Of a stretch of DNA of 64,000 nucleotides, positions 52,370-63,149 are shown one piece after another. Source of the stretch: Candidatus Latescibacterota bacterium (GTDB taxonomy: Bacteria; Latescibacterota; UBA2968; UBA8231); assembly GCA_965223905.1 (NCBI GenBank), contig CBDCXV010000011.1:320001-384000 (forward strand), read 5' to 3'. The position numbers and the translations under genes are program-made. Positions within the stretch are counted from its first letter, which is position 1; the number at the start of each line of letters is the position of its first letter. The notes beneath the pieces were generated by a model that was not told the DNA's origin, made no database searches, and saw nothing but the letters and a program-made list of their open reading frames with translations.

Positions 52370-54341
52370 TCACATCCTCTTCGTACTCGACTTGAAGATT
52401 TTGGACTTCCAGTTTCCGTTTCTCCAGTTCCCGTAGTTTCTTCCTGAGTTGCACTTCTTGTTCTTTGTCCACCAAGTCACCCTTCTCCAGATCATCAAGC
52501 AGTTCTCTCCTTCGTTCAAGGATTTCACGGCAGCTATTCTCCATCGATTGAAGCGCCTCTTCGCCGAGTTTATTCAACTCTCGTCTTGTGTGTTCAGGTA
52601 GGTTGCGCAGAGCTTCTCCAAGGATACTTTCCAGTTCAGGCTTCAGGCGCTCAACCGCAGCCTCCCGCCCGGCGTCTGTATTGAAAATGCGCTGCCACCA
52701 TTTAGTTGCTTCATCAACAACCTTATTAAGAGAATCTCGATCAAGATCCTTTATTAGTCTGTCTTCTGCGTCCTTGCAGATGGTCCGGGAACTGACAGGT
52801 AGCAGATAAACCCTGGGTACGCGGACACCGAGGCCACTTGCCAAGAGTGTGTCAGAAAGCTGGTTTTCCGCATTGTTTAGCACCGTCTCCATCTGATTCA
52901 CCAAGACACGAATTCCCTTTGCCAGAATTATCCGTTCCTTATACAGCGCATCTTGGAGACCCCAGCGCGCTTGTCCTTCCAAGTTACGGATGTTCCCCAC
53001 TGTTCTGATTATCTCGGTAATCCTTCGAGAGACGTTGTCGCTTATCGCAATAATACTGTCATCCAAGATACTATGGAACTTGTCGAGTTCATTTTGGAAT
53101 CCAATCCTTGAGTTCCTGATATGTAAAGAAATGGAAGCGATACTATCGTTCACTTTCTTTCGTTCATTAGCCCGATCCGCATTGGAAGCGTTCACGGCAT
53201 CGATGTTGCTCCTCAAGACGTCCTCATCCTGCGAAAGTCGTGAAGCAACGCGCTCAAAGACGCTGTCCAACCGGCGTTGATGGACTTGGATGATACCGCT
53301 TCCTCTGATGTCGATTATTCGTTGCTCAACGAGGGCACGGAGTTTCTCCAAGCCATGTAGTTCGGGTTCCAAGTAGCCCTTGGCAGACAGTTTCCCTGCA
53401 TACCATTTCATATCCTCGCATAGCGGAAGTCCGGTCTGTTGCATTCCCGAAATGAGTGCCCCAAGGCCGCTGACGAGCACGATCTGATCGTCATCACCGA
53501 GGAGATTATTCATCCTCAAGTCGTCACTGTTCTGGATCTTCAGGATGTGATTCCAAATGGCCTCGGTATTGGGTTGTTGATCGCACTTGTTGACCGCGAT
53601 GATACGCCGACGGGGGTCAATGTGCGCCAAATGTTCATCGATGAACTTTACGTCCGAATCGGTTATTGCTTGTCCCGCAAAGGTCACGTACACCACCGCA
53701 TCGGCCTGCTGAATCCATTCCCGGGTGATCCTGTCACGCTCCGGATTCGGATCATCGGTCCCAGGTGTGTCTGCTACTGTAACCTGATGGAGCCACGGTC
53801 GATCTGCCCATAGTCGCACCAACTTGACATAAACGCTGAATATCCCTCCTTCATTGCAGACGGCCGCAAATTTGCCGAGCCCTTGAAGACCCTCTTCGGG
53901 CAGTACCCGAGCAGGTTCGGTAAGGATTTCGATTTCCTTGATACCTGCGGCGCCAGCAGTCTCTCGTGCCTCGGCAAGCTCTTCCTCTGCCAGAGTATCT
54001 GAGCTGCATGCATCCTTCACTTGTTGAAACTCGTCAGGTGTGTACAACGTAGCCTCTATGCGCTCCCGCGTATCCCCTTCCATGAGTGAGATCTTTGCCG
54101 TCATGGTAGTAACGTGACTGGGAAGCACCTCTTCCTCGAAAAGGAGGGCGTTTAGAAGGGTCGACTTTCCGCTGTTCATTGAACCACAGACTGCCACGAC
54201 AAACCGGCCAGCATACAGGTTGGACTTGGAGTCGCGGAGAGCATCTATGTCGGCCTGAAAAAGTTTATCGGCTTCAATGATACGGTCGTACCACCCGCCG
54301 AGCAGTTCCTTGCGCTCCTGGTACTCTTTCAGATTCATCAT
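52362..54341 (-). CDS. Dynamin-like GTPase
   Basis: G1 GSMNSGKST, G2 TTMT, G3 DTPG, G4 NKCD, long helical stalk. Confidence 0.88.
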   Translation of the reverse strand: MMNLKEYQERKELLGGWYDRIIEADKLFQADIDALRDSKSNLYAGRFVVAVCGSMNSGKSTLLNALLFEEEVLPSHVTTMTAKISLMEGDTRERIEATLYTPDEFQQVKDACSSDTLAEEELAEARETAGAAGIKEIEILTEPARVLPEEGLQGLGKFAAVCNEGGIFSVYVKLVRLWADRPWLHQVTVADTPGTDDPNPERDRITREWIQQADAVVYVTFAGQAITDSDVKFIDEHLAHIDPRRRIIAVNKCDQQPNTEAIWNHILKIQNSDDLRMNNLLGDDDQIVLVSGLGALISGMQQTGLPLCEDMKWYAGKLSAKGYLEPELHGLEKLRALVEQRIIDIRGSGIIQVHQRRLDSVFERVASRLSQDEDVLRSNIDAVNASNADRANERKKVNDSIASISLHIRNSRIGFQNELDKFHSILDDSIIAISDNVSRRITEIIRTVGNIRNLEGQARWGLQDALYKERIILAKGIRVLVNQMETVLNNAENQLSDTLLASGLGVRVPRVYLLPVSSRTICKDAEDRLIKDLDRDSLNKVVDEATKWWQRIFNTDAGREAAVERLKPELESILGEALRNLPEHTRRELNKLGEEALQSMENSCREILERRRELLDDLEKGDLVDKEQEVQLRKKLRELEKRKLEVQNLQVEYEEDVNA

Positions 54342-55765
54342 GGCGTATTCTCCTTCAATTCTTCGATGCGTCGTTGGAGCTTGGCCATTTCACCGGATCT
54401 TCCTTGGTTCTGTGACAAATTTCTTTCGAGGAAACTGATGACCGTTTCTTGTAAGCGATCAATTTCGACTTGAACAACGTGGGTGAGTGCCAAGTTCAAT
54501 TCAGGCGACAGCTGTTCATACCTATCAGATATTTCATTATAGAGTTCATCACGGGCTTCGTCGTCATCCTTGAACTCCTTACGGAAAAATCCCTTTTCTT
54601 CGACCTCCCAGCCACCATCTTTGGCACTTTCCTCAACACCTTTTTGAAAGCCACGAATCAACTTCACACATTCCTTCCTCAGTTCTTTAGCGAGTATGTT
54701 CTGAGGCGGGTCTGGAATAGTTCCGGTCAGCTTTTTCAAGAAAGACAACAGGTTTTTGTTCACATCAGATATTCGATTCCAACGATCGCGATCAGCCACT
54801 AACTTGTGCATCCTATCAAATCGGATATCGATCCTGTGAAAAGTATTAACGAAAAACCACCCCTCTTCCGTTCGTGGTGGACCCTTTATTACTATTTCAT
54901 CGATTGCTTCATTTATAATTTCATCGACTTGCTCCAATATTTGGGATTTTGACGTATCGATCCTTTCAAGTGCCTTGCTCTTGATATCGTCGGTACGGTC
55001 GCTAACTCCACTGGATTCCCTTAGCTCCTTTTGAAGAGCTTTATCCAGTTGGAAGCAAGTTTGTTGCCACTCTTTCTGGAGTTCGGTTGTACTCCGCTGA
55101 AATTGCCTTTCAAGAAGAAGGTGCCGCTCCGCCGCTACGGACCGGACCATTTCTTCGAGTTGTTCCCGGGATGCTAGGCTGCTGTCCGATGAGGCGGGTG
55201 CTTCGTACACCTCGCCGTCGATTTTCATCCTGTAGATCTCAGTTCCCATCTCCGCACTTACCTGGGCCGACATCAATGCTTCGAATGGATCTCGGCGCAT
55301 GAGCGCGTCGCGGATTCGTCGCATCGCTGCCTGGAGAGCATCGAGTGGAGCCGCATCGTCGGAGTCATCCAACCGCAAAGCAGAAATCAGGGTTACGTCA
55401 CGAAACCGATCACCATGCCGAGTCTTGCATACCCTTTTTACCTCCGTACGCTTTGTCGGGGGCGATTCTTCAGCCTTGTTGAGCAGTAAGAATATCGGAG
55501 GAGGCGGCTCCTCTTCCGTATTTTTCCGTAACCGGTCCAACTGTTTCAACAGGCTTTTCCTCGGATTGCCAATGTTTGTGTCCATTAGTACGAAGAGCGC
55601 ATCGGCTTCTGTGGCGGCAGTCTCCGTTACCCTCGTATCTTGGCTGTTGGGAGGAGGAGCGTTGAATCCCGGTGTATCAACGAGACGAATATGCTCAAGG
55701 ATGGGAGAGTTCACGTAGATGTGAAAAACGTACGGTTCTCGGTCACCCCTCTTGTCTCGACAAAC
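54338..55765 (-). pseudogene. Second dynamin-like GTPase, N-terminally truncated
   Basis: Has LVDTPG and LLNKAE but no P-loop; the frame closes near 55770; ATGA overlap with the next gene. Confidence 0.75.
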
Positions 55766-55888
55766 CAGTTATGCGAAGTTAAAACCCCGCCAAAAGGGTG
55801 CACGTCCGAGCACCTTTTCAGACAGGGGCCTGGCAGGTTGGCTAATGGGCCAGGGGGATCGGGCTGGGGCGCTGCTTGCCGAGTTCGC

Positions 55889-56449
55889 TTATGGGCGATT
55901 CGACGACGTGGAGGACCTGCGCCAAACGCTGGTAGGATCGGTCGAATCGTAGTGTCGGGGAAGACTTCTCGCACCGATGCGGCTGGCTCGCTTGCGCACC
56001 GCCGCAGGGGTCCGCCTCATCTGATCGGCGAGGTCCTTCAAGCGGCTGACCCACACATACTTCCCGTCGTCGTCCAGGCACAAGAGGAAGGGGCCTTGCG
56101 TTGCGTTGAAACGCGCCGCCCGGCGTATTTCCTCGTCCTCGGCTTCGGTCCAGGGCCTGCCGCGTCCTCCGCATCGCCGTTTCGCTCTCTCCTTCGGCGG
56201 CATCGCTCTTATCCCCTTCAATAATTCCCGCAATTCGGGAGATCGGCGTGGACGGTAACTCTCGGCGCCGATACGACTGGCGCGCTTCAACACGGCCGCG
56301 TAGGACCGCCCCAACTCTTCGGCGATCTGCCTGAAACGGCCATGATACCGGCGGCGGTGCCCCCGTATCGAAATCCCCTTGGCGTTCTCCTTCGCAAGGG
56401 CGCGAAGACGATCATCTTCTTCGCGTGTCCAAATGCGACCGCGTGCCAT
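55889..56449 (-). CDS. Basic protein with two Myb/SANT-like HTH repeats
   Basis: WTREEDDRL..IAEELGRSYAAVLKRASRI; WTEAEDEEI..LADQMRRTPAAVRKRASRI. Confidence 0.7.
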   Translation of the reverse strand: MARGRIWTREEDDRLRALAKENAKGISIRGHRRRYHGRFRQIAEELGRSYAAVLKRASRIGAESYRPRRSPELRELLKGIRAMPPKERAKRRCGGRGRPWTEAEDEEIRRAARFNATQGPFLLCLDDDGKYVWVSRLKDLADQMRRTPAAVRKRASRIGARSLPRHYDSTDPTSVWRRSSTSSNRP

Positions 56450-56451
56450 TC

Positions 56452-56760
56452 TCAGACCATGGTATCGAACTCATTCCAGTAGACGATCTCCCCATCCGGG
56501 ACAGGGTCGCTGATCGGCTCCTCAACAGGCTGCGGAGGCGGAGGTGCGGGCGCCCTGGGCACCGGCGGCGTCTTCTCTTCGATGGGGTTTGACTGCTGCC
56601 GGTGCACGCCGATGCGCTGAGCACGTCGGCGCACGGCCTCGGGGGTTCGGCCGAACTCGTCGGCGAGCTGCCGAATGCGGTCCAGGTAGCCAGGATCCGA
56701 ACCGGCAATCCGGCGGATTTGTGCGTCCTCTTCCGGCGTCCAGAGGCGTCCTCGAGCCAT
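56452..56760 (-). CDS. Myb/SANT-like HTH protein (one repeat, Pro-rich tail)
   Basis: MARGRLWTPEEDAQI..LADEFGRTPEAVRRRAQRI; paralog of its neighbour. Confidence 0.7.
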   Translation of the reverse strand: MARGRLWTPEEDAQIRRIAGSDPGYLDRIRQLADEFGRTPEAVRRRAQRIGVHRQQSNPIEEKTPPVPRAPAPPPPQPVEEPISDPVPDGEIVYWNEFDTMV

Positions 56761-57244
56761 TGTTCACCCCTTTTTCGTGGATTTTCCTCATTCAGATCCC
56801 AATCGACGTTCGAATGGAATTATGTGATAAAGGAGAACAAGAAGTCCCATCCTGAAAACTCGGATAACTCCTTATGAAATATAGGGATAGTTTGAAATGG
56901 ATAGTATTGTCATAAGTTGGATTCGTTTCTGCGAGGGTGCCAAAAGACAGCGGGAGGATACCCCCCTGACCCGGGGGTGTCTCCATTGTTCACCTTCACC
57001 AGGGGTTCCCTTGGTTTACCTTCTTTTTCCGGATATCATCTGTTGCAAGTCGAGGGGTTATGAGAAGGATCAAGGGTTTCACCTCGGCTTTGGTGTCGGG
57101 TGCCTCCCTTCGAGCAGTTTCTTACCCCTTCTCCCCCAACCCTTCCTCACTGGAATCGCCATCGGGGCGAATCGGAAGGCGGGAATCTTCGGGAATGATC
57201 CCCCCGAACGCCCGATATGGAAGTGATTCGCTTCCCCAGAAGAC

Positions 57245-57549
57245 GAACCGAGAGGGGGGGTATACAACCCCCTCTCGGTTCCGTCCCTACTAGGATCGTA
57301 GGGACGTAGGGTAGTCCCCTTTTTTTTGATCTGTTCTTGTTTTTCAACGACTTACAACAAAAACCTGAGTTTTCAGTGTGAACGTTTGGCAGGGTCAGTG
57401 TGAATGTTTGACAGGTCAGTGTGAACGATTTTGCCACTGATCGTCGAAAAAGGAGGGAAGGGCTTTAGGGTCACCCCGTAAATTGAGTTGATCTGTTGTA
57501 ATTACAATGGCTTACGATAAAAAATCAGCTCTTTTCAGCGTGAATGTTT
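57245..57549. other. Putative replication origin: two hairpins, iterons, IHF-like sites
   Basis: 14-bp IR GAACCGAGAGGGGG; 9-bp IR CGTCCCTAC; TCAGYGTGAAYG at 57373, 57395, 57416, 57535; TTTCAACGACTTA. Confidence 0.65.
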
Positions 57550-59398
57550 AGTCAATTTGTAGCCTGTGGATCAAGTGCGAACCCGGTAACCGACGGTCTT
57601 CTCCGCCATTCCTTCCAGCCTTTTGCAAGCGACAGCCGCGGGCGGAGGCCCGGACCGTCAAGCCACCTGGATGGTTTCGGCCTCCTTTTACTTGGCGAAG
57701 GATTTCAATCGTGTCTCCGGCAGCGGCTGGTTTGCCATCTAGGCAGAAATACCCCGCGGCGCGTATCTCTTCCACTCGCTTCTTGTAACGGTGCCGCTCC
57801 AGGCTTCTACTCCTGTAGCTCTCTTGGGTCACGTTTTCGCCCGCGAATCGAAGCAACTGCCAGTTTTTGACAAACACCTCGGGGCCGGGCCCCCCGGAGT
57901 AGACAGAGCGAAAGCAATTCGACACTCGACCCCCCATTTTTCTGGCTGCTGTCGGACCATACAGCAACGCCAATTCAAGCCCGTTCAGAGTCCGGTAAAG
58001 TCCCGCGTTCCGAATACTTCCATGGAGGCCTGGCAAACGAGCTATGGCAGCTGACAGCTTGAAGTGCATCGGGCCAGCTTTTTCTATCCACCACAGTGGG
58101 GGACCGAGCGTGGCCACGGCACCGGCTGCTTGGGCATCGAAAAGGTCATATCGCCCACCATGACGGCCGACTTTCATGTGGAGGTGCCGCATGACTTGGT
58201 GGACGGCCCAGAAACGGCGCCGGTTCGCGGGGGTATCGCGGCCTCCTACCAAAATGGCACCCACGTCTTCGGTAATTATGGCGGGGGTAGACAAGGCATA
58301 AGCAATGAGCCCAAGCCGGCAGAGGTCGCTTCTAAGTGGCGATCGATAATCCCCAAGGTCTATTTCGGATAACAAGCCAATCCATGTCCCTTGCGTCGTA
58401 TTTCCTTGCAGAGTCAATGGACCGGGAAACAGGGTTCGTTGGAGGGGAATGATTGGCTGGTAGCGCCGAACCGTGGGTCTCGAGGAAATCGATTCGGGCG
58501 ATGGAGTTGCGACCAGGTCACCCTCTTGGTCGAGTCCCTGCAGAGGTGCTTCCATCAGGCTGACTACTCCTGGGAATCGGGCCAAGATGATAGACGGCGA
58601 CTCTGGCGAACCCCTTGTCTCCTCTCTTGAAAGCAGGGTCGCCCCTACGAACGAAGGGGGAACGTCCTTCATTCGGCCGACTACCACGGCCAAGGCTGAC
58701 AATCCTGGTGCGACTGGTGTTTTCTCCAAAGCCTCGATGACCCATGCCAGTGGTCGTGCATCGGGGTACCACCGTCTGCCGAGATTGTCGAAAACCGGCC
58801 GTAGACTTCGCCGTAATGACTCATTGAACAGGTGCTTGGCGAGCTCGGCATCTTGGGGCGGCCAGGATCCTTCCGGTGTCATCTCCTCTGGCAAGAAACT
58901 GCGTACATGTTCCCATATAGCCCTGCACAGGCTTTCCCATCCAAGGGGGTGAGTAATCCAATGGGTGACAACAGGGTCAGGATCAGGATCAGGAGTAGAA
59001 ATCGAGAAGTCTATCGGTTGGCTTGGGGGTTGGCCAGGAGGTTTGTCTGGGAGTTGGGAGCGCTCCTGAATCGGCTTTCTACCTATGATTCCGGGTTCTC
59101 CCTCCCCCTCCTTCCCCCAAGTCCCAGATACTAGAAACAGACTGTCGTGCACCCGGTACCGTCCCGGCAAAGCGGGTGTTTCTACCAGCTCGATAGGAAG
59201 AAAGGGGTCCCGACAAGCGTAACGTCGGTCGTTGATCTCGCGGCCTTGCAGGCGCTCGGCTAGATCCTCGGCTTTGTCGTTTCCCGTCGCTTTCCACTCT
59301 TCCAAACGGTCAACATCTTCAAGGGCTGAACAGACCACGGCCACGGGATTTCTTTTCGCAATGTCTCGAGCGCGTTCGTTGCGCTTTTTCGCGATCAT
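57548..59398 (-). CDS. Large hypothetical protein, candidate replication initiator
   Basis: 616-aa ORF coupled to the helicase stop and ending at an iteron; no motif recognised. Confidence 0.55.
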   Translation of the reverse strand: MIAKKRNERARDIAKRNPVAVVCSALEDVDRLEEWKATGNDKAEDLAERLQGREINDRRYACRDPFLPIELVETPALPGRYRVHDSLFLVSGTWGKEGEGEPGIIGRKPIQERSQLPDKPPGQPPSQPIDFSISTPDPDPDPVVTHWITHPLGWESLCRAIWEHVRSFLPEEMTPEGSWPPQDAELAKHLFNESLRRSLRPVFDNLGRRWYPDARPLAWVIEALEKTPVAPGLSALAVVVGRMKDVPPSFVGATLLSREETRGSPESPSIILARFPGVVSLMEAPLQGLDQEGDLVATPSPESISSRPTVRRYQPIIPLQRTLFPGPLTLQGNTTQGTWIGLLSEIDLGDYRSPLRSDLCRLGLIAYALSTPAIITEDVGAILVGGRDTPANRRRFWAVHQVMRHLHMKVGRHGGRYDLFDAQAAGAVATLGPPLWWIEKAGPMHFKLSAAIARLPGLHGSIRNAGLYRTLNGLELALLYGPTAARKMGGRVSNCFRSVYSGGPGPEVFVKNWQLLRFAGENVTQESYRSRSLERHRYKKRVEEIRAAGYFCLDGKPAAAGDTIEILRQVKGGRNHPGGLTVRASARGCRLQKAGRNGGEDRRLPGSHLIHRLQID

Positions 59399-60594
59399 CA
59401 GTCTACTTCCCAATCCTTGGGATTCTGTTTCGAGGAGGGCTTTTTTCCCTTACGACTGTTTTTTTTTCGTACTTCCTTTTGCCATTCATCTACGTCTTTC
59501 TCAGTCATCTGTTCCTTCAGTTTCAAACCAAACTCCCCGTCCTTCTTGCACTCCTTCAGGCGGGCTCCCCAACCGGTGCGGCCATAATTCGCCTTGGCAG
59601 AGAATACAACACGCTCACTTTTCGATAGCGGATCACGCGCCAATACCAGCACACCGCGGGCGGCATCGTACCACGCCGCCGAGCCGCCTGCCGGATCCGC
59701 TGCCGCCGTTTCAAAGTCCCCATGAGCTATCGCCGAACGGGTGGCTTTGGAATTGTGGGCCACAATCAGGACACCGCATCCTGCCCGTCTGGCTTCCAGA
59801 GTCGTTTTACGCAGAAAGGAACGCACTGGACCGGTTTCCGATGTAGACACGTCGGCGAGTGCGGCCGACGCCGGGTCAATAATCAACATCACTGCCTCGA
59901 TTCGACGGATCTGGTCCCACAGGTCGTCCCACTGATCTGACGGTTGACTGCTCCCTCCCCGTTCGGCTTCGGCCTGCCACAAAGGTTCCGGATCGGGCCA
60001 TAAATACAAGCCGTCGGGAACCGAGCCATGGAGTTTGAGGCGCGCCGCTATACGCTCCGGGGCATCTTCGTAGCTGACCACCCCTACCCGACCGGGTGCT
60101 ATTCGCAAGCCGCAAGCCGAGCCGAAATCTTTGCCGCTTTGAGCCGTGCAGGCCGCATGGGCCAATGCCAGCGATAAGCAAGACTTGCCGATACCACCGG
60201 CGCTGCTCAGTAGGCAGACTTCCCCCGCTGACACCACGACGTCGGCATAACGGTCTTCCGGGTTGTCACGCCACAGTATGGGGCGCGGTACTTCGGCGCC
60301 TTCCCACCCGGATGCGGGTCGCAGCAGCTGCGGCTTTTTCTTGTCAAGAAAGGCGAGCATCGCTGCCGGGTCTTCAGGGTTCTCCTTCCATACCTCGTGA
60401 GCAGCATCCAAGATCGCAGCAGTCGGGTCGGGCTCAGTCGGGCGGGGTTCCTTAGGTAGGGATACTGCCAAGGTGCGCAGTCGCTTCAGGAGTTCTGGGG
60501 CTGGGTTTTGGGGGTCATTACGGCGGGTTTCCCACTCGGTGAATAACGCGCGCGCGTTGTCTCGCCAAGGTTTGGCATTTGAGCCTTCGTTCAT
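59398..60594 (-). CDS. AAA_25 / RSF1010 RepA-like replicative helicase
   Basis: SAGGIGKS, SYED, LIIDP, VLIVAH, GSAAWYDAAR, KANY. Confidence 0.85.
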   Translation of the reverse strand: MNEGSNAKPWRDNARALFTEWETRRNDPQNPAPELLKRLRTLAVSLPKEPRPTEPDPTAAILDAAHEVWKENPEDPAAMLAFLDKKKPQLLRPASGWEGAEVPRPILWRDNPEDRYADVVVSAGEVCLLSSAGGIGKSCLSLALAHAACTAQSGKDFGSACGLRIAPGRVGVVSYEDAPERIAARLKLHGSVPDGLYLWPDPEPLWQAEAERGGSSQPSDQWDDLWDQIRRIEAVMLIIDPASAALADVSTSETGPVRSFLRKTTLEARRAGCGVLIVAHNSKATRSAIAHGDFETAAADPAGGSAAWYDAARGVLVLARDPLSKSERVVFSAKANYGRTGWGARLKECKKDGEFGLKLKEQMTEKDVDEWQKEVRKKNSRKGKKPSSKQNPKDWEVD

Positions 60595-60614
60595 CTCTAA
60601 TCCCCCCTCGTTCC

Positions 60615-61769
60615 CTATCGGCCAAACCAAGGGGGCCAAAGTCGACTTGGCGGCCATGTTTCGGCGGCCTCGACTTCGGCCATTTCGCGGGTCAGCCCAC
60701 CATCGGTCTCCATAAGCGCCGCACGCTCGAGGCGTGGGTAGCACACCATGTCCGCCCACTCCTCTGCCAAATCCCCCTTGGTTCGCCAGTTTACCACCAC
60801 TGACACCCCGTTGAACTCCAGGGCATCGCGCACCTTGGCGGCCGCTGTCCTTCCGGGGCCGTCGCCGTCGGCTTCAATGCGCACAGTGTACCCGTCCAGC
60901 TTGGCGTCGGGTTTCCTCAAGGTGCCACAACAACACCATACTTCCGCACCACTCCAACGCCAGGTTGCCGCTAATGCGTCAAGAGGACCTTCGACCAGAA
61001 CTAACAGGCGTGTGTCGTGGGCGGTTCGGGGGGGCAATCGCAGAAAGGACCCTGCCAAGCGGGAACCCTTGGCGGTCAGGCGCTTTGCCGTTCCGAAAAA
61101 CAGAAGACGCCGGGCGTTGGCGTCGAGGGCTTCCAGTTGAACGCCAGCCAACTCTCCCGTCGCCGTATCGAATCGATACACCAAGGCGCCGACAGCTCCG
61201 ATTGGGAGAGGTTGTTCGACTTGTCGGGCGGCTTTACAGAACACCCATCTCACTGCGGCCGGCAGGGGGGGAGAGTTGGGCACGTCGATGCCGGGCCAAC
61301 AGCAGCGTCCAGCCAGGTAGGCTCGGGGGACGGGGATTTCGTCGGCGCAGACGCTCAACTTCCACAGAACCCGGGGCCGGTCTCCAGCAGCCGTGCCTGG
61401 ACGGTTCCGATCCGTTTTCAACCAAAGACGGGGAGGTTCTTGTCGGTTCGTCTGCGGTTCGACAGGCCGCGACGACTGCTTTCCATTCGCTGGTATCACT
61501 CCCTTGCCCCGCACCCAATCCAGAGCCTCGGAGCGATTGCAATTGAGCACTTTCTCGATCAATTCCAGTACGTTGCCGTGCTCCCCGCTCTTCCAGTCGG
61601 ACCAAGTGCCAGCCAAACTTCCCTCAACATGCAATGACAGAGAGCGACCCCTGCCGTACCGCCAGTTTTTTCCGCTGTTCTCGATCGACGTGGGATCTCC
61701 GAGCAGCATGCGGGCAACATCCGGCATCAAGGCCGCCCAGTCTATGTCACAAGCATGGCGTTCCATCAA
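60615..61769 (-). CDS. Toprim-domain primase
   Basis: GTWSDWKSGEHG, AYLAGR, LVEGPLDALA, EADGDGPG, KGD. Confidence 0.8.
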   Translation of the reverse strand: MMERHACDIDWAALMPDVARMLLGDPTSIENSGKNWRYGRGRSLSLHVEGSLAGTWSDWKSGEHGNVLELIEKVLNCNRSEALDWVRGKGVIPANGKQSSRPVEPQTNRQEPPRLWLKTDRNRPGTAAGDRPRVLWKLSVCADEIPVPRAYLAGRCCWPGIDVPNSPPLPAAVRWVFCKAARQVEQPLPIGAVGALVYRFDTATGELAGVQLEALDANARRLLFFGTAKRLTAKGSRLAGSFLRLPPRTAHDTRLLVLVEGPLDALAATWRWSGAEVWCCCGTLRKPDAKLDGYTVRIEADGDGPGRTAAAKVRDALEFNGVSVVVNWRTKGDLAEEWADMVCYPRLERAALMETDGGLTREMAEVEAAETWPPSRLWPPWFGR

Positions 61770-61960
61770 CCATCACGACCAGGGGCCCTACCTCACCGGG
61801 TTGCATGTTGCAGCTCCGTAAGTCGCCGGCGAATACCACAGCACCTGCGGCTGACCTCGTTGCTTTTTCCGCTTCTTTCCCTGCCCCGTCCCAAAACGGG
61901 TTCGACCGTTTCCTTTTGACACGAGTCTGCCTACTTGGATTAATTTTCGTATTGAAAGGA

Positions 61961-62917
61961 ATGATTATGGACGCTCCCGCCGTACCCATCGCCGTCAAAC
62001 AAACGCAGTCGCTGGCTGCCTCCAAGCAGGCCCTCGAGCTCGTCGAGGCCAGTATTTCCGCCAACACCAAGCGGGCCTACAAGGCCGCCCTGAAGAAATT
62101 TGACGAAGCGGTCAGCGGCAGATCCGTCACCGATGAGGTCGTCGCTAACTACCTCGCGGCCCTGTACGCCAACGAGGAGTCGCCGGCCTCGCCGGCAACG
62201 TGCTCCCAGGTCGTTGCTGCGCTCAAGTTCCGGGCAAAACTGCAGGGGGCTCCGCCGCCGGTCGGTCCCGCAACCAGCCGGGTCCTTTCCGGGGTCCGGA
62301 GACAGGGCCGCGACCGAGGGCGGGGCCAAGTCCAGGGGGTGGATTTCGCGCAGGCGGACGCCGCAGCAGCCGTCGCCGGCAGCGACGAGTCTCTCCACGG
62401 CCTGCGCGATGCGGCCATCATCGCGGTCATGTCGGACGGGTTGCTGCGGGTTTCCGAACTCGCCGCCCTCCAGGTCGACGACGTCACTTTTGAACCCGAC
62501 GGTGGCCGGGTCACCATCCGGCGCTCGAAAACCGACCAGGAAGGAACCGGGGTTGTGCTTTACCTGGGTCCTCCTACCGTGGCCAGGGTCAGGACGTGGA
62601 TGGAGGCGGCCAGGATCAACGGCGGGCGGCTGTTTCGCCGCGTCCGTCGAGGCGGTAAGAGGGTCGGGGACCAAGCCTTGAGCACCGTAAGCGTCCGGCG
62701 GATCATCAAACGGCGGTGTGCCGATTCCGGATTGGAAGGGTCGGTGTCCGGTCACTCGCTGCGCGTTGGAGGCGCTCAGTCGCTCGCTGCCGGGGGCGCC
62801 TCCCTTGCCGAGATGCAGACGGCCGGCCGATGGCAATCGCCGGCAATGCCGGGCCATTATGCTCGGGGCCAGCTTACAGCTCGTGGGGCCGTCGCTCGCA
62901 TCCGCTACGGCAGGTGA
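61961..62917 (+). CDS. Cre-like tyrosine recombinase
   Basis: SANTKRAY, RDAA, LRVSEL, RSKTDQ, GHSLRVGGA, GRW, HY. Confidence 0.9.
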   Translation: MIMDAPAVPIAVKQTQSLAASKQALELVEASISANTKRAYKAALKKFDEAVSGRSVTDEVVANYLAALYANEESPASPATCSQVVAALKFRAKLQGAPPPVGPATSRVLSGVRRQGRDRGRGQVQGVDFAQADAAAAVAGSDESLHGLRDAAIIAVMSDGLLRVSELAALQVDDVTFEPDGGRVTIRRSKTDQEGTGVVLYLGPPTVARVRTWMEAARINGGRLFRRVRRGGKRVGDQALSTVSVRRIIKRRCADSGLEGSVSGHSLRVGGAQSLAAGGASLAEMQTAGRWQSPAMPGHYARGQLTARGAVARIRYGR

Positions 62918-63149
62918 ATTGGCGATTTCGTTCGTTCTGGCATTCCCCGATTCGGACTGCGAGTCAAGGACAGCGGGCCGGTTTAGGAAGCCACGCTCGA
63001 TTTCCGAATCCATCATCCGATAGCGTGTGTCGACAGCCTCACGGCTCCGGGAATCTACCGGCCTTGACCGCGCGCGGCCTTGTCGTGAATCGCCATCGGT
63101 TCTGATGGCAAACTGGAACCCCCGCCGATCACACCCGTGAGGGGCTTTT

